Notes under the pieces: model-generated
What the model was told of the DNA's origin: nothing
The model's input: only the letters and a program-made list of their open reading frames with translations
Databases searched by the model: none
Origin: Prochlorococcus sp. AG-347-L02
GTDB taxonomy: Bacteria; Cyanobacteriota; Cyanobacteriia; PCC-6307; Cyanobiaceae
DNA length: 64,000 nucleotides
Assembly (NCBI GenBank): GCA_003281255.1
Contig: QCCL01000007.1
Location: 648 to 64,647 of the forward strand
Direction of reading: 5' to 3'
Position numbers and translations under genes: made by a program
In this document: positions 57,970 through 64,000 of the stretch, one piece after another
How positions within the stretch are numbered: position 1 is the stretch's first letter
How the letters are laid out: every line of letters starts with the position of its first letter

Positions 57970-59676
57970 TTGAGACTAATACCACCAGTCAGACCATATT
58001 CAAATAGGTTTATAAAGGGTTTTATATGCATGCTTATTTACGTAGCTTGTTGGCCTTTATTAGCTTATTTAGCTGGAAACTTAATCCCAGCAATTGGGTC
58101 AGGTGATCTCTCAAAAGTTTCTAGCATAATAATTAAGTCTTTATTTATATTTTTAGTTCAGAAAACTGCTCAATTTGGACAGGATGTATTCATAGCAAAA
58201 CCATCTTTAGAAATTAGTGAAGTGATGAGAGGAAATTTATTTAGCAGAATTCAAAAAATAAAGATGAATTCTGTTGAAAATATTTCAGCCGGGGATATCA
58301 CATATAGACTTACAGAAGATGCAGACAGGGTAAGCGAAGTTATTTATAAAACAGCTCAAGATACTATTCCATGCACTTTACAGTTGTTAGCTGTAATAAT
58401 TTATATGTTTTATTTAGACTGGTCACTAACAGTATCAACATTCGTTTTAGCACCATTGATTATTCTTTCAGTTAACAGTTTTGGAAGAAGAGTTTTAATA
58501 GCTTCCGAGAAAAGTCAAGAATCAACAAGTAATTTAGCAGGTTTAATAGGTGAATCTATAAATGGAATGTCCACGATAAGAGCTTTTGCTGCAGAAAATT
58601 GGATTGAGAAAAGGTTTTATAAAAGATTAAGTACAAATAAAAAAGCAAAATATAAAACATTAAAACTACTTGCATTTCAACATCCAGTTGTAGGATTTGT
58701 TGAGGCATTTGGAATATTAGCAATATTAGGTTTAGGAGCCGCAAGAATCAATCTAGGCCTTCTAACAAGCGAAGAATTTAGTAGTTTTTTTGCAGCAATA
58801 TTAATGCTTATTGATCCAATAAGCCATGTAAGCACAAATTTTAATGACTATAAACAGGCAGAAGCCTCTATAAAAAGGTTGAAAAACATAAATAAAGAAC
58901 CTGTTGAAGATGATAAGGAAAATTTACGAAGGATATCCAATTTTGAAGGCAAGATAAGTTTCAAGAAAGTAAATTTCGCTTACAAAAAAGATAATCAAGT
59001 ACTTAAAAATATCAATTTAGAAATTAAAAGAGGGGAAGTCACAGCATTTGTTGGAGCTTCTGGAGCTGGTAAAAGTACAATGTTGGCTTTGATATTAAAG
59101 TTTATAACTCCAAATAATGGAGACATTTTTATAGATGATAAAAATCTCAAAATATTAAATACAAAAGATATTAGAAAAAACATTGCATTAGTACAACAAC
59201 AGCCTTTTTTGTTTTCAGGAACAATTATTGATGTAATAAGAATGGGCAGAAATTTCACCAAAGAAGAAGTTATAGAATCAGCAAGAAAAGCAAACGCTCA
59301 CAATTTCATTCAAAAGCTTCCCGAGAAATATGAAACTGAGATTACTGAAAGAGGATCAAATTTCTCAGGTGGTCAGATCCAGAGGATATCAATTGCAAGA
59401 GCAATACTTGGTAACCCCTCAATTCTTCTTTTAGATGAGGCCACAAGTGCGTTAGATGCAGAATCTGAATCTGAAGTACAAAAAGGTCTTAAAAGAGCTA
59501 TGAAAGATAGAACAGTTATTGTAATTGCTCATAGACTAGCCACTACTCAAGAGGCCAATAAAATAGTAGTTTTCGATAAAGGTGAAATTATTGAAGTTGG
59601 GAAACATATTGATTTAATAAATAAACCTGGAATTTATAAAGAATTATGTGAAAAACAATTGATTAAAAAATTATAG
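57970..59676 (+). CDS. ABC transporter, fused permease/ATPase (MsbA-like exporter)
   Basis: 568 aa. Six-TM N-terminal half. Walker A GASGAGKST, signature FSGGQIQR, Walker B LLLDEATSALD. TTG start. Confidence 0.9.
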   Translation: MRLIPPVRPYSNRFIKGFICMLIYVACWPLLAYLAGNLIPAIGSGDLSKVSSIIIKSLFIFLVQKTAQFGQDVFIAKPSLEISEVMRGNLFSRIQKIKMNSVENISAGDITYRLTEDADRVSEVIYKTAQDTIPCTLQLLAVIIYMFYLDWSLTVSTFVLAPLIILSVNSFGRRVLIASEKSQESTSNLAGLIGESINGMSTIRAFAAENWIEKRFYKRLSTNKKAKYKTLKLLAFQHPVVGFVEAFGILAILGLGAARINLGLLTSEEFSSFFAAILMLIDPISHVSTNFNDYKQAEASIKRLKNINKEPVEDDKENLRRISNFEGKISFKKVNFAYKKDNQVLKNINLEIKRGEVTAFVGASGAGKSTMLALILKFITPNNGDIFIDDKNLKILNTKDIRKNIALVQQQPFLFSGTIIDVIRMGRNFTKEEVIESARKANAHNFIQKLPEKYETEITERGSNFSGGQIQRISIARAILGNPSILLLDEATSALDAESESEVQKGLKRAMKDRTVIVIAHRLATTQEANKIVVFDKGEIIEVGKHIDLINKPGIYKELCEKQLIKKL

Positions 59677-59706
59677 TTCTATTTTATTTATTAAAAAAGT
59701 AAATCC

Positions 59707-59925
59707 ATGAGCGAAAACACAAATGATTCTGCAAATCCAGTTTTAACCTTTGAAGGCAAAAAATATTTAATAAATGAACTTTCTAATGAAATAAAAGAAT
59801 CTATAAAAGTGCTACAAATAGCGGAGACACAACTTAAGATGCATCAAGATACTCTCAAATTACTTTCAATAAGTCGAAACTCTTTAGTTAATCAATTAAG
59901 AGAAAAGCTAAAAAATTTAGAATAA
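59707..59925 (+). CDS. Small coiled-coil hypothetical protein
   Basis: 72-aa track ORF. No family recognised. Confidence 0.45.
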   Translation: MSENTNDSANPVLTFEGKKYLINELSNEIKESIKVLQIAETQLKMHQDTLKLLSISRNSLVNQLREKLKNLE

Positions 59926-59929
59926 AATT

Positions 59930-62900
59930 TTAATAATTATGGATTTCTTGTAGAGAGTAAGAATTAATTTTATTGCATTGCAAAGCTTTGATCGCTTTAA
60001 TCGCTGCCTTAGCTCCAGGAATAGTTGTAAAAGTTGGAATATTATATTCTAAAGCGGCACGTCTTAAATAAGCATCATCATGAAGAGCCTGTGAGCCAAT
60101 TGGAGTATTAATTATTAATTGAACAAGTCCAGAACGAATTAGGTCCTCAATATTTGGTCTTCCTTCATGAACTTTTAGCACTTCTTCAACTTGAATTCCT
60201 AAATTCATTAAATATGAAGCTGTACCTTTTGTTGCGATTAATTTAAATCCTAAATTCAAAAGTTCTCTAGCAACTTCCTCAAGATTTTTTTTATCTAAAT
60301 CATTTGTAGATAAAAAAGCAACTCCTTCTGAAGGAACACCATTACCTGCAGCCAATTCCGACTTGGCATAAGCAATTCCAAAATCTTTAGCTAAACCCAT
60401 AACTTCTCCAGTAGATCTCATTTCAGGACCAAGTAATGTATCAGACCCAGGAAATCTTTTAAAAGGTAAAACGGCCTCTTTTACTGCCTGAAATTTTGGA
60501 GAAAATTCTTCTGTGAAATTAAGATCTTTTAATGTAAACCCTTGCATTAACTGAGTAGCTAATTTTGCTACTGGTTTACCTATGGCTTTTGAAACAAATG
60601 GAACTGTCCTGGATGCTCTTGGATTTGCTTCGAGAATAAATAATTTATTTTCTTTATTATTTGTATTTATTACTGCAAATTGCAAATTAATTAAACCAAC
60701 AACATTTAATCTTTGTGCAATTAATTTGGTCCAGTTCCTTACATTTTCTATTGTGGATTTTGATAGAGAAATTGATGGTAAGCAACAAGCTGAATCTCCT
60801 GAATGAATTCCTGCAGGTTCCACATGTTCCATTAGGCCAGCAATTACAACCGAACCCTCTGAATCGCATAAAGCATCAACATCTATCTCAATTGCATTAT
60901 TCAAATATTGATCAAGAAGGATTGGATGATCAGGTGATACCTTAACTGCTTCAGAAATGTATTTCGATAATTCATTCTCATCTTTAACAATTTCCATTGC
61001 CCTTCCACCTAAAACATAAGAAGGTCTTACAACCAAGGGGAATCCTATATTTTTTGCTACTATTTCTGCTTCATTTTGATTACGTGCAATACCGTTCAAA
61101 GGTTGTCTAATACTTAATTCTTCAAGAATTTTTGTAAATTCCTCTCTATCTTCTGCTAAATCGATAGATATTGGAGAAGTCCCTAGAATTTTTGATCCAG
61201 TTCTGATCCCATCATTAGATTTAAGCCATTCAAATAAAGGTAATGATAATTTCAGTGGAGTTTGACCTCCAAATTGAACAATCAAACCATAAGGATTTTC
61301 AGCTTCTATTATGTTAAGGACATCCTCCAAAGTTACAGGCTCAAAATATAAAACATCGCTAGTATCATAATCTGTTGATACAGTTTCAGGATTACTATTA
61401 ACCATTATTGTTTTATAGCCATTTGTAGAAGCTTGATATGATGCATGACAACAACAATAATCAAATTCTATTCCTTGACCAATTCTGTTTGGACCTCCTC
61501 CTAAAATCATAATTTTTTTTGATTTACTATTTTCTGAAATCTCGCTATCAAAAATTTGAGAATTAAAATTAATGAAAGATTCTTCGTAAGTTGAATAGTG
61601 ATAAGGAGTTGAGGATGAGAATTCTGCTGAACAAGTATCAACAGTTTTATAAATTGGAATTATACTGAGTTTTTTTCTATGTTTTCTTACTTCAAAAAAC
61701 TCAGAATTAGTTAACTTTGCTATCTGTTGATCTGAAAAGCCTAATTGTTTAGCATGTAACATCAAATCCCTATCTAGAGTATAAAGTTCCTTATCTTTCA
61801 AAAAATCATTTTCAAAATTAAAGATATTACGTAATTTTTCGATAAACCATAAATCTATATTTGTAACTTCTTGAATATAATTATTAGTTTTCCCAAGCTG
61901 CATAGCTTTTTTAATTAGGAGAATTCTTTCAGATGTAGGGTTTCTTAAACTATTTTTAATTTGATTCTCATCTTTAAATTCATCCTGTGAATCACATTCC
62001 CATCCAAAAACACCTACTTCTAATGACCTTAATGCTTTCTGAAATGATTCTTCAAAAGAACGCCCTATTGCCATTGACTCACCAACAGATTTCATAGCAG
62101 TGCTTAAAGTATTAGATGAGCCTTTAAACTTTTCAAAAGCAAATCTTGGGATCTTAGTTACTACATAATCAATTGATGGCTCAAAACATGCAGGTGTTTT
62201 TTTTGTAATGTCATTAATAATCTCATCAAGTGTATAGCCAACAGATAATAAAGCTGCAATCTTTGCTATAGGGAATCCAGTTGCTTTACTTGCCAAAGCA
62301 GAGGATCTACTTACACGAGGATTCATTTCTATAACAATTACTTCTCCATTGGATGGATTTATTGCAAATTGAATATTACTTCCTCCTGTTTCAACTCCCA
62401 CCTCTCTAATAATCTTCAATGACAAATCCCGTAACCTCTGATACTCCTTATCTGTTAAGGTCTGCGCAGGAGCTACAGTAATCGAATCTCCAGTGTGAAC
62501 ACCCATTGGGTCTAAATTTTCAATACTGCAAACTATTACCACATTGTCAGCAGTATCTCTCATAACCTCTAGTTCAAACTCCTTCCATCCAATGAGTGAT
62601 TTTTCAATTAATATTTGATTACTTGGACTTTCCTCTAAACCCGATTTACACAACTCAACAAATTCTTCAAGGTTAAAAGCAATTCCACCGCCTACTCCAC
62701 CCAAAGTAAACGCAGGTCTTATTATAAGAGGATAGGAACAAATTTTTTTTGATACCTCCCTAGCTTCATCTAGATTAGATGCAATACCAGATGGACAAAC
62801 ATTTACATTTATTTTCTCCATCGATTCTTTAAATAATTTCCTATCTTCAGCTTTATTAATAGCTCTTAAATCAGCTCCAATTAATTCAATATTATTTTGC

Positions 62901-63226
62901 TTTAAAAAATCTGACTCTGATAATTTAACCGCAAGATTCAAAGCGGTTTGACCTCCCATTGTGGGAAGAATCGCATCAGGTTTTTCTCTTAGAATGATCT
63001 GAGAAACTATTTCAGGAGTCAATGGTTCTATATATGTTTTGCTTGCGATATCAGGATCAGTCATTATTGATGCGGGATTTGAATTTATCAAGACAATTTC
63101 ATAACCAGCATTTCTCAGTGCTTTGCAAGCTTGAGTACCAGAGTAATCAAATTCGCATGCTTGCCCTATAACAATCGGTCCCGAACCTATAATAAGAATT
63201 TTTTTAAGATCACCTCTTTGAGGCAT
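59930..63226 (-). CDS. carB: Carbamoyl-phosphate synthase large subunit
   Basis: 1098 aa, duplicated ATP-grasp halves ([19 protein letters not shown] / [18 protein letters not shown]) and a C-terminal MGS-like domain. Confidence 0.97.
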   Translation of the reverse strand: MPQRGDLKKILIIGSGPIVIGQACEFDYSGTQACKALRNAGYEIVLINSNPASIMTDPDIASKTYIEPLTPEIVSQIILREKPDAILPTMGGQTALNLAVKLSESDFLKQNNIELIGADLRAINKAEDRKLFKESMEKINVNVCPSGIASNLDEAREVSKKICSYPLIIRPAFTLGGVGGGIAFNLEEFVELCKSGLEESPSNQILIEKSLIGWKEFELEVMRDTADNVVIVCSIENLDPMGVHTGDSITVAPAQTLTDKEYQRLRDLSLKIIREVGVETGGSNIQFAINPSNGEVIVIEMNPRVSRSSALASKATGFPIAKIAALLSVGYTLDEIINDITKKTPACFEPSIDYVVTKIPRFAFEKFKGSSNTLSTAMKSVGESMAIGRSFEESFQKALRSLEVGVFGWECDSQDEFKDENQIKNSLRNPTSERILLIKKAMQLGKTNNYIQEVTNIDLWFIEKLRNIFNFENDFLKDKELYTLDRDLMLHAKQLGFSDQQIAKLTNSEFFEVRKHRKKLSIIPIYKTVDTCSAEFSSSTPYHYSTYEESFINFNSQIFDSEISENSKSKKIMILGGGPNRIGQGIEFDYCCCHASYQASTNGYKTIMVNSNPETVSTDYDTSDVLYFEPVTLEDVLNIIEAENPYGLIVQFGGQTPLKLSLPLFEWLKSNDGIRTGSKILGTSPISIDLAEDREEFTKILEELSIRQPLNGIARNQNEAEIVAKNIGFPLVVRPSYVLGGRAMEIVKDENELSKYISEAVKVSPDHPILLDQYLNNAIEIDVDALCDSEGSVVIAGLMEHVEPAGIHSGDSACCLPSISLSKSTIENVRNWTKLIAQRLNVVGLINLQFAVINTNNKENKLFILEANPRASRTVPFVSKAIGKPVAKLATQLMQGFTLKDLNFTEEFSPKFQAVKEAVLPFKRFPGSDTLLGPEMRSTGEVMGLAKDFGIAYAKSELAAGNGVPSEGVAFLSTNDLDKKNLEEVARELLNLGFKLIATKGTASYLMNLGIQVEEVLKVHEGRPNIEDLIRSGLVQLIINTPIGSQALHDDAYLRRAALEYNIPTFTTIPGAKAAIKAIKALQCNKINSYSLQEIHNY

Positions 63227-63333
63227 AATTTAAACGTTCATTTATCTCATGCTACTTATAAATCATCAGATGTTAATCAAGTTACTTGAAAAGCAACATT
63301 TGTTTCTATAGTATTGGAAGAAATTAATTTTTT

Positions 63334-63972
63334 ATGAGCGAACTTCAGCGACTTAAAAATTTGTTGCCTCCAGAGAATGAAAGTTGGGTATTTGTTGAAG
63401 CTGCTGCGGCTATAGATCCACCTTTAATAACACTTGAGGAAATCGGTCGTGACGAAGTAGAAATTCAAATAGATTTAGATGAATGGGATAACTTTGCTAT
63501 TGATCATAGAAATTTATTATTTTGGCACGAGGTTGGAAAAATCCAAAATGACACAATACCCAGAGATGGATGGGAAATGGCAGCTCTTGCCATAGGGCTT
63601 GGAGGGGCGATAGGAGAATTGTGGGTACAAGATGGGTTACTTTTATTACTTGCTCTTGGTTTATCAAGTTTTGCAGGTTATAGATTATATTTAAAAAATA
63701 ATTCTGAAAAAAAGCTTCAAGATGCTATTTATGCAGATGAAAGAGCTATAGATCTTGCTTGTAGATTTGGGTACAGCATTCCAAATGCTTATAAAAGTCT
63801 TGGAGGAGCATTAAAGGAGTTAATAGAAAAGACACGAAAAAAGAAAAAAAGAAGTTTCTTTGAAGATAGATTAGATGCCTTAAGAAAAAGTGCGGAAAAA
63901 GCAAGATCAGAATTATCTCAGCAAGAGGGCTCAGAAAAATCAGTTTCAAGTGAAAATGTTTATGGACAATAA
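63334..63972 (+). CDS. Conserved cyanobacterial hypothetical protein with two TM helices
   Basis: 212 aa. Central hydrophobic pair AALAIGLGGAIGELW / LLLLALGLSSFAGY and a Lys/Glu-rich C-terminus. Confidence 0.55.
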   Translation: MSELQRLKNLLPPENESWVFVEAAAAIDPPLITLEEIGRDEVEIQIDLDEWDNFAIDHRNLLFWHEVGKIQNDTIPRDGWEMAALAIGLGGAIGELWVQDGLLLLLALGLSSFAGYRLYLKNNSEKKLQDAIYADERAIDLACRFGYSIPNAYKSLGGALKELIEKTRKKKKRSFFEDRLDALRKSAEKARSELSQQEGSEKSVSSENVYGQ

Positions 63973-64000
63973 AAGTTTGGTTTTATTAGCAGCCAAAGCA

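Overview
Very AT-rich (roughly 30% GC by eye), gene-dense chromosomal segment. Its gene set and protein sequences look like a high-light-clade Prochlorococcus-type marine picocyanobacterium; this is an inference from content (chlH, acsF, hemJ, cobN, 2-Cys peroxiredoxin, ycf20-like and psb30-like mini genes, many picocyanobacterial conserved hypotheticals). About 60 convincing CDS are present, mostly core housekeeping: uvrC, hemJ, cobN, ilvE, metH, pheT, rpmG-rpsR, metG, cobU, trmL, clpS, rpmF, acsF, tldD-pmbA-fmt, mfd, dapB, chlH, folP, tpiA, carB. There is one tRNA (anticodon CAU). I saw no rRNA, CRISPR array, transposase, integrase, or recognisable phage or defence genes. The only accessory-looking stretch is about 24.99-28.82 kb, downstream of the tRNA-clpS block. 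It is unusually AT-rich, holds ten or more mini-ORFs of 49-129 aa (five with a single TM helix), a ribbon-helix-helix gene framed by three copies of one palindrome, a stand-alone thioredoxin-like domain and an orphan GC-rich stem-loop. Things worth a second look: (1) that micro-island and its RHH/operator module; (2) a phased AGACT/AGTCT repeat array around a small secreted-protein gene next to an RHH-J-domain fusion gene; (3) an FtsH paralog with an intact ATPase but NEVGR instead of HEXXH and no first TM helix; (4) a full-length RNase II/R-like protein lacking the catalytic Asp motif, alongside a short RNB protein that keeps it; (5) a 55-codon stop-free extension with no canonical start upstream of a conserved hypothetical gene. 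Every call rests on reading the translations and the DNA by eye. No database search was run, so family names are recognition from memory and are hedged where weak.
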